The position numbers were made by a program, and so were the translations under genes. DNA of 64,000 nucleotides from positions 1 through 64,000 of the forward strand of contig JASGJN010000012.1 of assembly GCA_049840735.1 (NCBI GenBank). Reading direction: 5' to 3'. Origin of the DNA: Anaeromyxobacter sp. GTDB taxonomy: Bacteria > Myxococcota > Myxococcia > Myxococcales > Anaeromyxobacteraceae. Shown here piece by piece: positions 31,531 through 41,402 of this stretch (within the stretch, counting starts at the first letter, position 1; every line of letters begins with the position of its first letter). The notes beneath the pieces are model-generated. The model saw only the letters and a program-made list of their open reading frames with translations, did not search any database and was not told the origin of the DNA.

Positions 31531-32715
31531 GTGCGGATTGGCATCGACGCCACCCTCGTTCGCCCCGATCGCCTCACCGGCGTCGAGCGGTACGCGCTCT
31601 CGCTGCTGGGCGCGCTGGCCAGGCTGGCCCCGCCGCGGCTGGAGCTGGTCCTGTTCGTGCGGTCGGACGCGCCCCCGGCGGTCACCACCCTCCCCTTCGA
31701 GCGCTGCGTGGCCCCCCGCGGCTCGCGGGTGCGGGTGGATCAGCTGTGGATGCCCGCCGCCGCGCGCCGCGCCGGGGTGGCGCTGCTCCACTCGCTGGCC
31801 TTCCCCACCCCGCTGCTCTGGCGCGGCCCCAGCGTGCTCACGGTGCACGACGCGACCCCCTGGCTCCACCCCGGCACGGTCAGCACCGGGATGCGCTACT
31901 ACTACGCGCCGCTCTTCCCGCAGGCGATGGCCCGGGCCGCCGCCGTGCTCACGGTGTCCGAGGCCTCCCGCCGGGACCTGGCCCGCACGGTGGGGGTGGC
32001 GCCGGAGCGGATCCACGTCACCCCCAACGGCGTCGAGCCGCGCTTCTTCGAGGCGCGCCGCGCGCCGTCCTCGCCGCGCTATCTGCTGGCGGTGGGCACG
32101 ATCGAGCCGCGCAAGAACTTCCCTGCCCTGCTCCAGGCCCTGCGGCACCTGCGGGCCCAGGGACGGGACCTGCGGCTGGTGCTGGCCGGGCGGCGCGCCT
32201 GGGGGCCGCCGCTGACCATCGACCGGGACCTGGCCCCGCACGTGGAGCTGCTCGGGCCGGTGCCGGACGAGGAGCTGCCGGGGCTGTACGCCGGGGCCTC
32301 CTGCTACGTGCTGCCCTCGCTCTACGAGGGGTTCGGGATCACGCTGGCCGAGGCCATGGCGGTCGGCGTCCCGGCGGTGGCGAGCGACATCCCGGCGCTG
32401 CGCGAGGTGGGCGGCGACACGGTCCGCTACGCCGACCCCCGCGCGCCGGCCTCGCTGGCCGCGGCCATCGGGGCCGCGCTGGACGACCGGACGGGCAGCG
32501 CCGTGCGGGCGCTGGCGGCCCGGGAGCGGGCGCGGCGCTTCCGCTGGGAGGCGGCCGCGGAGACCACGCTGCGCGTGTACGAGCAGGCCCTGGCCACGGC
32601 GCCGCGCCGCCAGCCGCGCCGGGCCCAGGTGCTGCCGCTGCAGCGGCGCGAGGTGGCGCTGGCCGCGCCGCTGGTGGAGTCGCGGGCGCCGGCCGCCGGC
32701 GAGGGCGGCGGGTAG
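31531..32715 (+). CDS. Glycosyltransferase family 4
   Basis: IGIDA...TGVERY, TVHD, VGTIEPRKN, PSLYEGFGITLAEAMAVG. Confidence 0.9.
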   Translation: MRIGIDATLVRPDRLTGVERYALSLLGALARLAPPRLELVLFVRSDAPPAVTTLPFERCVAPRGSRVRVDQLWMPAAARRAGVALLHSLAFPTPLLWRGPSVLTVHDATPWLHPGTVSTGMRYYYAPLFPQAMARAAAVLTVSEASRRDLARTVGVAPERIHVTPNGVEPRFFEARRAPSSPRYLLAVGTIEPRKNFPALLQALRHLRAQGRDLRLVLAGRRAWGPPLTIDRDLAPHVELLGPVPDEELPGLYAGASCYVLPSLYEGFGITLAEAMAVGVPAVASDIPALREVGGDTVRYADPRAPASLAAAIGAALDDRTGSAVRALAARERARRFRWEAAAETTLRVYEQALATAPRRQPRRAQVLPLQRREVALAAPLVESRAPAAGEGGG

Positions 32716-32734
32716 CGGCCGCGCGCCGGGCGGC

Positions 32735-33817
32735 TCAGCGCGCCCGCTGCACGGCCCACAGCCCGGCCGCCACGAAGACCAGGTTGGGCAGCCAGGCGGC
32801 GATCCAGGGGTGCACGGTGCCGGAGAGCCCCAGCGCCCAGGTCACGCCCTGCATGGCCCAGAACAGCAGCGACACGCCCACCCCCTCCACCAGCGCCGCC
32901 GCCATGTGCCCCTTGCGCGCGGCCCGCAGCGCCAGCGCGATGGCCAGCAGCGCGCCGGGCACGCCGGAGAACGGGTAGGCCAGCCGGTTGTAGCGCTCGA
33001 GCTCGAACGCGGCGACCTCCAGCCCCAGCCGGCGGCGCAGCTTGATCTGCGCCAGCAGCGTGTTCCAGGGCATCTGCGAGGGGCGGCCGGGGATGACGGC
33101 GAAGGCCTCGGGGGCCTCGTCGAACCGGTAGCGCGCCTCCGCCGCCTGCCGGTACCGGAGCGTCCCGTCGGGCAGGAAGGTCCAATCCTCCACGTCGGAC
33201 AGGACCCAGTCCTTGCCCTCCGGGCGCATGTGGCCGGCGTCGATGCGCCGGACCAGGTGCAGCTCCGGGTCGAGCTCCAGCACGGTGATGTGCTCGAAGC
33301 CGCCGCCCGGCAGCGCGCCGCGCAGGTGGTAGACGTGGCGGCCGTCGCGGCCGCGGAACCAGCGCTTGGGCTCGCGGGCCGCCTCGTAGCGGCGCCGGTC
33401 GCCGCCGCGCCCGAAGCGGAGGGCGCGGATGGTCTCGGCCCGGTCCTCGGCCCGCACCCCCACCACCTCGTGCAGCACCACCAGCACGCCGCCGCAGAGC
33501 AGCACCACCGCGATGGCCGGGACGGCCAGGCGCCAGGGGCCGAGCCCGAGCGCGCGCATGGCCACGTACTCGCGGGTCTGGCGGAAGCTGGAGGCGGCCA
33601 GGCCGGCCCCCAGCAGCATGGCGGCGGGGGCCACCTGCCGGCTCACCACCAGCGCGAAGTTGGCGTAGAGCTCCAGCACCGCCGGGACCCAGCCCGGGCC
33701 CTTGAAGCTGCCGGCGTTGTCGACGTAGTCGACGGCCACGAAGATGGCCACCACGCCCAGCAGCGCGGCCAGGGTGGCCCAGAGCGTCCGCATGGCCACG
33801 TAGCGCCCGAGGATCAC
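32735..33817 (-). CDS. lptG: LPS export permease LptG (YjgP/YjgQ family)
   Basis: ILGRYV, REYVAMRALG, RLAYPFS, IAAWLPNLVF; follows lptF. Confidence 0.8.
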   Translation of the reverse strand: MILGRYVAMRTLWATLAALLGVVAIFVAVDYVDNAGSFKGPGWVPAVLELYANFALVVSRQVAPAAMLLGAGLAASSFRQTREYVAMRALGLGPWRLAVPAIAVVLLCGGVLVVLHEVVGVRAEDRAETIRALRFGRGGDRRRYEAAREPKRWFRGRDGRHVYHLRGALPGGGFEHITVLELDPELHLVRRIDAGHMRPEGKDWVLSDVEDWTFLPDGTLRYRQAAEARYRFDEAPEAFAVIPGRPSQMPWNTLLAQIKLRRRLGLEVAAFELERYNRLAYPFSGVPGALLAIALALRAARKGHMAAALVEGVGVSLLFWAMQGVTWALGLSGTVHPWIAAWLPNLVFVAAGLWAVQRAR

Positions 33818-34930
33818 CGGACCGCCCCCACGCCGCGCCTGGCCAGGAGGGCCAGCAGCACCAGCCCGGCCCCGCCCAGCACCAGGTTGGACAGCTCCAG
33901 GCCGATCCAGCCCGGCAGCCGGCCGGCCTGCACCAGGGTCTCGCCGCTGCGGAGCAGCAGGTAGTGGAGCAGCATCACCACGAAGGTGCTCCCCACGCCG
34001 AAGGCCCGTCCGGCGAAGCGCGAGGCGCCCAGCGGGACGGCCAGCAGGGCGAAGGCGATCACGGCCAGCGCCGAGGCGATCTTGCGGTGCAGGTAGCCGT
34101 CGAGCCGCCAGGCCTGCTTCTCGTCGTTGCGCGCCCGCGCCTCGGCCATGGCGGCGCGGAGCTGGCCGACGGTCTGCTCGCGCGAGGAGCGACCCAGGCC
34201 GTCCTGCGGGCCGATGGACACCACCAGGCTGGCGCGCTCGAACTCGGGAACCGCGTAGTCGTCGGCCTCCCCCTCGCCGCGGTGGACCTCGCCGTCCACC
34301 AGCTCCAGCCGCATCTCCTGGCCGGCGCCGATGGGGGCCAGCCCGCCGTGGCGGGACAGCGCCAGCACCGGCGCGTCGGGGTTGGAGCGGTCGTGGATGA
34401 GGACGTTCTCCCAGCGCCCCGCGTCGGTGACGCGCTCGGCGAAGAGCGTGTACCCCGGGATGTCGTCGTAGAAGACGCCGGGGCGCACGCCGCGGGCCAC
34501 GTTCTGCTTCACGATGTCGTTCATGCGCAGCCGCGAGGCCCGCAGCCCCCACGGCTCCAGCTGGAGCGACATCCAGACGCCGAGCGCCCCGGCCAGCAGG
34601 GCCAGGATCAGCGGGACCCGCACCAGCCGCGCCGGGGACAGGCCCGCCGCGCCCATGGCCACAATCTCGCGGTCCTCGGCCAGGCGCCCCACCCCCAGCA
34701 CCGCGCCCAGCAGGAAGGCGATGGGGAGCACCTGCACGATGAAGGCCGGCAGGAGCGTGACGATGGCCATGCCCACGTCACCGAGCGACACGCCCGAGCC
34801 GAAGAGCAGCTGCGCGCGCCCCAGGATGGCGGTGGCCAGCATGAGCTGCGTCAGGAAGAGCAGCCCCGCGCCCAGGGGCTGGAGGATCTCCTTCGCCAGG
34901 TAGCGATCGAGACCCCCACCGGCCGGTCAC
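33814..34930 (-). CDS. lptF: LPS export permease LptF (YjgP/YjgQ family), probable frameshift near the start
   Basis: [34 protein letters not shown]. Confidence 0.8.
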
Positions 34931-35441
34931 CCCGCGGCGTCGAGCTTGGCCTGGAGCGCCTGGTCCTTGGCCTCGACCTCGCGGGCCATCTTCTGGCGCT
35001 GCGCGCGGACCGCCTCGGCCACCCGCGCGTCGGAGCGGGCGATGATGCGCGCCGCCAGCAGCCCGGCGTTGCGCGCGCCGGCCTTGCCGATGGCCAGGGT
35101 GCCCACCGGCACGCCGGCGGGCATCTGCGCCGTGGCGAGGAGCGCGTCCATGCCCTTCAGGTCGCTGCCTGCCAGCGGGACGCCCAGCACCGGCAGCTCG
35201 GTCTCGGCCGCGCAGACGCCGGCCAGGTGGGCCGCCGCGCCGGCGCCGCAGAATCAGCACCTGGATGCCGCGGCCGGCTGCCTCGCGGGCCAGCTTGCCG
35301 GTCCGCTCCGGGGTGCGGTGCGCCGACGAGACGTGCACCTCGCTGGCGATGCCCAGCTCCTCCAGCGCCTTCCTGGCCTCGGCCATCACGTCCCAGTCCG
35401 AGTCCGAGGCCCATGAGGATCAGCACCTGCGGGTTGCTCAC
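34927..35441 (-). CDS. purE: N5-carboxyaminoimidazole ribonucleotide mutase, two apparent frameshifts
   Basis: Pieces VLILMG / SDSDWDVM...SAHRTPE / [10 protein letters not shown]...[19 protein letters not shown]. Confidence 0.9.
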
Positions 35442-35456
35442 GGCTTCCTCCCGATG

Positions 35457-36702
35457 TCACGGCGGTGCTGGGCACCGCGGGAAGTGGACGCGCGCCACCG
35501 CGCGGTAGGCGCGGTCGGCGGCGTCGTCCAGCCCCTGGCCGAGCGCGCAGACGGTGAGCACGCGCCCCCCGCTCGTCACCACGCGGCCGTCCGGCCCGCC
35601 GGCGGTGCCGGCGTGGAACACCTGCGTGTCGGGCTCGAACGGCCCGGCCAGCCCGTCGATGGCGTCGCCCTTCGCGACGTCGCCCGGGTAGCCGCCGGCC
35701 GCCAGCACCACGCCCACCGCGGCGCGGGGGTCGAAGTCGATGGCCACGCCGGAGAGGTCGCCGCGGGCCGAGGCCACCAGCGCCGGCACCACGTCGCTGG
35801 CCATGCGGAGCAGGATGGGCTGGGTCTCGGGATCGCCCAGCCGCGCGTTGAACTCCAGCACGCGGGGGCCGCGCGGCGTGAGCATCAGGCCGGCGTAGAG
35901 CGCGCCGCGGAAGGGCCGGCCGCGCCGGGCCAGCTCGCGCACGGCCGGGAGCAGCACGTTCCGCTCCACCATGGCCGCCACCTCGGGGGTGACGTTGGGC
36001 GTGGGCGAGAAGGCGCCCATGCCGCCGGTGTTGGGGCCCTGGTCGCCGTCGAAGATGCGCTTGTGATCCTGCGCGGCGGCCAGCAGCCGGACCCGCTCAC
36101 CGTCGGTGAAGCAGATGCAGCTCGCCTCGGGCCCCTCCAGCCGCTCCTCCACCACCACCCGGGCGCCGGCGCCGCCGAAGGCGCGCGCCTCCAGGATGGA
36201 GCGGAGCGCCGCCTCGACCTCGGCCAGGTCCCCGCAGACCACCACGCCCTTGCCGGCGGCCAGGCCGTCGGCCTTGACCACCACCCGCCCGCCCCGCTCG
36301 CGGGCCCAGGCCAGCGCCGGGGCCACCTCGGAGAAGGTGCCGTACTCGGCGGTGGGGATGCCGGCGGCGGCCATGACGTCCTTGGCGAACGCCTTGGAGC
36401 CCTCGAATCTCGGCCGCGGCCGCGGTGGGGCCGAAGGCCAGGATGCCGGCGGCGGTGAGCCGGTCCACCAGGCCCGCCACCAGCGGGGCCTCCGGGCCGA
36501 CCACCACCAGGTCGATGGCGTTCTCCCGGGCCCAGGCGGTCAGGCCGTCCACGTCGTCCGCGCGCAGCGCGACCAGCGTGGCCACCTGCCCGATGCCGGG
36601 GTTGCCGGGGGCAGCGTAGAGGGCGCGGACCAGCGGGCTCCGCGAGATCTTCCAGGCGAGGGCGTGCTCGCGACCGCCCGATCCGACGACGAGGACTCGC
36701 AT
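35457..36702 (-). CDS. purD: Phosphoribosylamine--glycine ligase, frameshift at about 36407 and possibly near the 3' end
   Basis: [35 protein letters not shown]...[18 protein letters not shown]. Confidence 0.95.
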
Positions 36703-36774
36703 GAGAGCCAGGGCTTATAGCACGCCCCGGGCCGGGCTGGCTGGGCTCGCGGGGCCTGCGGTGACCGGCCACCC

Positions 36775-38871
36775 TCAGGGCGGCGCCGGTGCGTCCTGGA
36801 GCGCCGCCAGGGCGGCCCGGGCCGCAGGGATCTCGGGCTCTTCCCTCACCAGGGCGGCCAGGGTGTCGCGGGCCTCGCCCCGGGCCCCCCGGGCCTCCAG
36901 GAGCCGGGCCAGGTCCAGGCGCGCGGTGGCCAGGTCTGGCGCGGCGGCCAGGGCGGCGCGCAGGAGCCGCTCGGCCTCGTCCGGCTGCCCCGTCGCGGCC
37001 AGCGCCCGGGCGCCCACCACCAGCACCAGCGGCTCGCCCGGCCCGGCCTGCAGCGCGGCCTGGGCCAGCCGCGCGGCGGCGGCGCGCTCCCCCGTGTCGA
37101 GCGCCACCTGCGCCCGGATGGCCAGGGGCAGCGCCGACTGGGGCGAGGCCTGCTGCGCCCCCCGCGCCAGCCGCTCGGCCTCGCGGGTGTGGCCGAGCAC
37201 CAGCTCGGCGCAGGCGGCGGCGGCCAGCGCGCGGCGCGCGGTGGGCGGCTCCGCGGCGGCCAGCGCGGCCAGGCGGGAGGAGGCCTCGGCCACCGGCGCG
37301 GGCCCCTCCCAGAAGTCGGTGGGCATGCGGCGCAGGCGGCCGTCGAGCGGATCGCGGCGGAGCGCCTCGTCGGCCAGCTGCAGGGCCAGCCCGGAGGCGC
37401 GGAGGCGCAGCAGCCCGCCGGCCACCGCGAGGAGCGCGGCCGGGTCGCGGGCCGCCGGCCGGGCCAGGGCGCGGTAGGCCCGCTCCGCCTCGTCCAGATC
37501 GCCCAGCTCGGCCACCCGCGCGGCCAGCAGCAGCTGCACGCGCGGCCCGCCGCCCTCGGCCACCACGCCGGCCGCCAGGCGCAGCGCCGGCAGGTCCCCC
37601 GCCGCGTGGGCCAGCAGCGCCTCCTGGAACCGGGCCGGACCGTTTCCCGGCACCCTGCGCAGCGCCTCGCCCACCGCCGCGCGGGCGCCCGCGGGATCGC
37701 CGCTGGCGCGGGCCACGGCCGCCCGGTGCGCGAGGATCCGGGCCGCCTCGAAGTCGTCCGGGTGGCGCGCCAGGGCCTGGTCGAGCAGGCGGGCGGCGGC
37801 GGGGAGATCGCCCTCGAGCTGGTAGGCGTTGCGGGCGGCCAGCAGCAGCGGCGTGGCGGCACGCGGATCGGCGACCGCCCAGCGGTCCAGCGCCGCCCGC
37901 GCCGCGTGCGGCCGATCGAGGGCCAGCTCGGTCTCGGCCAGCAGCTCCAGCGCGCCGCCGTGGTCGGGGTCCAGGGCCAGCCGCTCGCGGGCCAGCGCGC
38001 GCGCGCCGGGCGCGTCGCCGGATGCCCAGCGGCTGCGGCACGCCGCGGTGAGGAGGCGCCGGTCCCCCGGGTGGGCGCGGGCCGCGGCGGTGAGCGCGGC
38101 GGCGGCCGCCGCGGGGTGGCGCTGCAGCTCGCAGAGCCCGGCGGCGAGCTGCACGCCCGCATCGCCAGGAGCGGCCGCCAGCGCACCCTCCGCCACGCGC
38201 GCGGCCTCGGCGCGGTTGGAGGGGCTGGGAACGGCGAGCAGCAGCCGGGCGTAGGCGGCCTGCAGCCGAGCGTCGCCGGGGACCCGGGCAGTGACCTCGC
38301 GCAGCACCGCGTGGGCGCGCAGCAGCTCCGCGCCGTCGAGCAGCTCGGTGCGGGCCTCGACCAGCGCCGTCGCGTAGCCTGCGACCGCCTCGACGCGGGC
38401 GGGATCGGCCGCCAGCGCGGCGCGGAAGTCGCCCAGGGCGGCGCGAGCGCGGGCCGGCGTGTCCGCGGCCAGCCCGGCCTCACCGGATTGCAGCAGGGCG
38501 GCGGCGTCGGACGAGGCTCCCGAGGCGGGGAGCTTGCCGGCGGCGCGCCAGGCGGCCACGGCCTGGGCGACCGCCTGCGGATCCTGCTCGGCGGGAGGGG
38601 CGCGCCAGGCCTGGAAGCGCCTCCAGGCAGCGGGGAGGCCAACCCAGCAGGCGCCGCCGAGGGCGGCGGCGAGGAGCAGGGCCAGGGTCGCGAGGCCGAG
38701 GCGGCGGAGCACGGCGCCGGAGGCGCGGGCAGGAGGGACCGCGGGGTCGCCGGCAAGCACGGCGGTGGTGCCGACGATGGTCCGGCAGGCTGGGCACCCT
38801 GGCACCGAGCCCGGGCGCGCGTCGTCCGAGTCGTGGACGGCGAAGCAGCGGGCGCAGGTGGTGGCGGGCAT
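36775..38871 (-). CDS. TPR-repeat membrane protein with N-terminal CxxC...CxxC motif
   Basis: TCARC...GCPAC, TM segment, repeated ALALDPD / ALARHPDD helical TPR-like units. Confidence 0.7.
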   Translation of the reverse strand: MPATTCARCFAVHDSDDARPGSVPGCPACRTIVGTTAVLAGDPAVPPARASGAVLRRLGLATLALLLAAALGGACWVGLPAAWRRFQAWRAPPAEQDPQAVAQAVAAWRAAGKLPASGASSDAAALLQSGEAGLAADTPARARAALGDFRAALAADPARVEAVAGYATALVEARTELLDGAELLRAHAVLREVTARVPGDARLQAAYARLLLAVPSPSNRAEAARVAEGALAAAPGDAGVQLAAGLCELQRHPAAAAAALTAAARAHPGDRRLLTAACRSRWASGDAPGARALARERLALDPDHGGALELLAETELALDRPHAARAALDRWAVADPRAATPLLLAARNAYQLEGDLPAAARLLDQALARHPDDFEAARILAHRAAVARASGDPAGARAAVGEALRRVPGNGPARFQEALLAHAAGDLPALRLAAGVVAEGGGPRVQLLLAARVAELGDLDEAERAYRALARPAARDPAALLAVAGGLLRLRASGLALQLADEALRRDPLDGRLRRMPTDFWEGPAPVAEASSRLAALAAAEPPTARRALAAAACAELVLGHTREAERLARGAQQASPQSALPLAIRAQVALDTGERAAAARLAQAALQAGPGEPLVLVVGARALAATGQPDEAERLLRAALAAAPDLATARLDLARLLEARGARGEARDTLAALVREEPEIPAARAALAALQDAPAPP

Positions 38872-38994
38872 GGCGCGAGAGGAGGCTACAGGGATCGAGG
38901 GGTGGGGGGGAAGGCGTGGGGGGCTGGCTGGAGGGACTGGGTGTGGCGGGTGGCGGGGCGGGGGTGCGGGGGGGGGCTTGGGGTGAGGGGGGGT

Positions 38995-39420
38995 GGCGGT
39001 GAGGGGGGCTGGCGGTGAGGGAGGGTGGCGGTGAGGGGGGCTGGTGGCGAGGGGGGCTGGCGGTGAGGGGGGCTGGTGGTGAGGGGGGCTGGTGGTGAGG
39101 GGGGCTGGTGGTGAGGGGGGCTGGTGGTGAGGGGGGCTGGTGGTGAGGGGGGCTGGTGGCGAGGGGGGCTAGTGGCGAGGGGGGCTGGTGGTGAGGGGGG
39201 CTGGTGGTGAGGGGGGCTAGTGGTGAGGGGGGCTGGTGGTGAGGGGGGCTGGTGGTGAGGGGGGCTGGTGGTGAGGGGGGCTGGTGGTGAGGGGGGCTGG
39301 TGGTGAGGGGGGCTGGTGGTGAGGGGGGCTGGTGGTGAGGGGGGCTGGTGGCGGGGCGGGGGGCTGGTGGCGGGGCGGGGGCTGGTGGCGGGGCGGGGGG
39401 CTGGTGGCGGGGCGGGGGGC
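38995..39420. repeat. G-rich satellite: 22 x 16-bp GGTGGTGAGGGGGGCT (38995-39346), then about 4 GGTGGCGGGGCGGGGGGCT variants
   Basis: Read directly; exact 16-nt period. Confidence 0.9.
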
Positions 39421-39592
39421 GATCGGCGCGCGGGGGGCCTGCCGGCGGTGCAGGGCGCAGGGGAACCCCTGCCCCTGCGCCGCGGGCGGTACCGTACTGA
39501 GGGAGAGGGAGGGGGGGCTGGGACGGGGGCGGGGTGGGTAGAGATAGGGTGCGGACGGGGCGGGAACGGGGTCAGGTCGTTCGTGTTTGCGC

Positions 39593-39743
39593 TCACATAC
39601 TCCAGCGCGTGCGCCCTTGGAGTCAACTGAGAGTTACTTACTCCAGCGCGTGCGCCCTTGGGGTTAACTGAGAGTCACTTACTCCAGCGCGTGCGCCCTT
39701 GGGGTCAACTGAGAGTTACTTGCTCCAGCGCGTGCGCCCTTGG
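39593..39743. repeat. Tandem 41-bp repeat array (3 full units plus 1 partial)
   Basis: Units RCTCCAGCGCGTGCGCCCTTGGRGTYAACTGAGAGTYACTT start at 39599, 39640, 39681, 39722. Confidence 0.92.
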
Positions 39744-39789
39744 AGGGGATCCGAAGCGGGGTCACGTCATTGCTGATGACGCTGGGGAT

Positions 39790-39839
39790 CCGTTCGGGCT
39801 GAGCGTAGCGAGCCCGCAGGGCTCGCGGAGTCGAAGCCC
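39790..39839. repeat. REP-like palindrome CCGTTCG-NNN-TGAGCG...GGAGTCGAA-NNN, copy 1
   Basis: Related copy at 61584-61622. Confidence 0.65.
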
Positions 39840-40118
39840 AGGCGCCGTGAGGCCCCGGCGCTGGAGCAAGTGGGGCGTCTCGCGGCCTTTGCCGGATTTC
39901 GCTTGACGTGAATTGGGCGCGGCGCGGTTTCCGCGGCGCGGCTCCGCCGGAAACGCCTCTCCTGCAATGCTCTGCGTGATCTCCCGGACGTGCCGGGAGG
40001 CGCGTGGGGGAGCGGAGATGGGCTCGCGAGATCTCGCCTCCTGGGCGGCGCCAGGGGCCTCGGCGAGCACCTCGAAAACCGGGCTTACGATGGCGTCCTC
40101 TGCTGGAGGTGCACGCCA

Positions 40119-41342
40119 ATGAACGCCCGACTCGATGTGCTCGACAACAGCTCCCTCATCGCCCGGCTGCACGCTCTCGCCTCGGACGAGCGCGGCTTCA
40201 AGGTCGGGTTCCTGCTGGTGCTGGCGGAGGTGGAGCGGCGGAAGCTCTACCTGGAGCAGGGCTACCCGTCGCTCTGGGCCTACTGCCGGGAGGTGCTCCA
40301 CCTCTCCGAGGACGGCGCCTACCGCCGCATCACGGCCATGCGGCTGCTGTCCCGGTTCCCCTCCCTCGAGGCGCCGCTGCGCGAGGGCAGGCTCTCGCTC
40401 TCCACGCTGGGAATGCTGCGCGACGTGCTGACCGAGGAGAACCTGGAGGAGCTGGTCGGGAGCGCCGCCTTCAAGTCCAAGGCCGAGGTGGAGCGGCTGG
40501 TGGTGACCCTCAAGCCCCGCGAGGTGCCCAAGGACGGGGTGCGTCGGCTCCCTTCTACGCCCCCTGCCGCTTCCCAGCCCCGTCCGGTGGATCCAGCGGG
40601 TGTGACTGCACTGGCGCTCGCGCCGGCCGAGGCGGGCCCGTCCCAGCACCAGGAACCGGCCGTCCCCACGGCGCCTTCCCTTTCCCCCAGCCGCCCCGAG
40701 CTTCACCCGGTCAACGCGGAGCAGTGGTCGATGCGCGTCACGCTCGACGAGGCGGCGCACGCTGACCTCGAGACGCTCCGTGAACTCCTTTCCCACAAGG
40801 TGCCGGACGGCAACCTGGCCGACGTGCTCAAGGAGGCGCTCCGTTGCGCCGTGGAGAAGCACACCAAGCGAAAGGGTGCGGTGGAGGTGAACAGGGCGGC
40901 GGCTCCTGCGCCCGAGGTCTCGACGTCGGCTACGGTCTCCGCACCTGTTCCGGCTCCGGCGGCTCCGGCCTCCTCCACTGACCCGCTCCCGCTCTTCGCC
41001 ACCGCCTACCGCTTCGACCCTCGCACCGTCACGGCCGAAGTTCGCCGCGAAGTCTGGGCGCGCGATGGCGGCTGCTGCTCCTACGTCTCCCCGGACGGCC
41101 GCCGCTGCTGCAGCCGCTGGCAGCTGGAGCTGGACCACATCGACCCGGAGGCGATGGGCGGGCCAGCGACGATCTCCAACCTCCGGCTCCGCTGCCGGGG
41201 GCACAACCTCTGGGCGGCGGTGCAGTCCTACGGCCGCGAGAAGATGGCGGCCTTCGTCCCTTCCCTCTCCCTCTCCCCCTCCCTCTCTCCTTCACTTGCT
41301 CCAGCGCGTGCGCCCTTGGGGTGCGACCTGCGGCGCGGGTGA
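40119..41342 (+). CDS. HNH endonuclease with N-terminal DUF222-like helical domain
   Basis: GGAGGT RBS; GYPSLWAYC...LSEDGAYRRI; RREVWARDGGCC...C...LELDHI...GG...SNLRLRCRGHN. Confidence 0.88.
   Translation: MNARLDVLDNSSLIARLHALASDERGFKVGFLLVLAEVERRKLYLEQGYPSLWAYCREVLHLSEDGAYRRITAMRLLSRFPSLEAPLREGRLSLSTLGMLRDVLTEENLEELVGSAAFKSKAEVERLVVTLKPREVPKDGVRRLPSTPPAASQPRPVDPAGVTALALAPAEAGPSQHQEPAVPTAPSLSPSRPELHPVNAEQWSMRVTLDEAAHADLETLRELLSHKVPDGNLADVLKEALRCAVEKHTKRKGAVEVNRAAAPAPEVSTSATVSAPVPAPAAPASSTDPLPLFATAYRFDPRTVTAEVRREVWARDGGCCSYVSPDGRRCCSRWQLELDHIDPEAMGGPATISNLRLRCRGHNLWAAVQSYGREKMAAFVPSLSLSPSLSPSLAPARAPLGCDLRRG
41292..41322. repeat. Single distal copy of the 41-bp array core
   Basis: TCACTTGCTCCAGCGCGTGCGCCCTTGGGGT, same orientation as 39593-39743. 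Confidence 0.9.
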
Positions 41343-41402
41343 GCGAGCGCGGCGCCAACCCTCGGCAACCTTGGTCACCGACGAACCGACGCCCGTGGGC
41401 GC

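Noticed and set aside
39503..39515. 13-bp inverted match to 41275-41287 as terminal inverted repeats of the HNH module
   Set aside because: Low-complexity GA/TC tract; plausible by chance
38886..39626. 246-aa Pro/His-rich ORF (PPHHQPPSPPAPLTTS repeats)
   Set aside because: It is simply the translation of the 16-bp satellite; no RBS or host codon pattern
39593..39743. 41-bp array as a CRISPR or TIGR-type guide array
   Set aside because: The inter-core segments are near-identical (1-3 substitutions), so there are no unique spacers
39599..39743. 41-bp units as integron attC sites
   Set aside because: GTYAAC/GTTAC motifs and bulged palindromes are suggestive, but the units are too short, no cassette ORFs lie between them and no integrase is present
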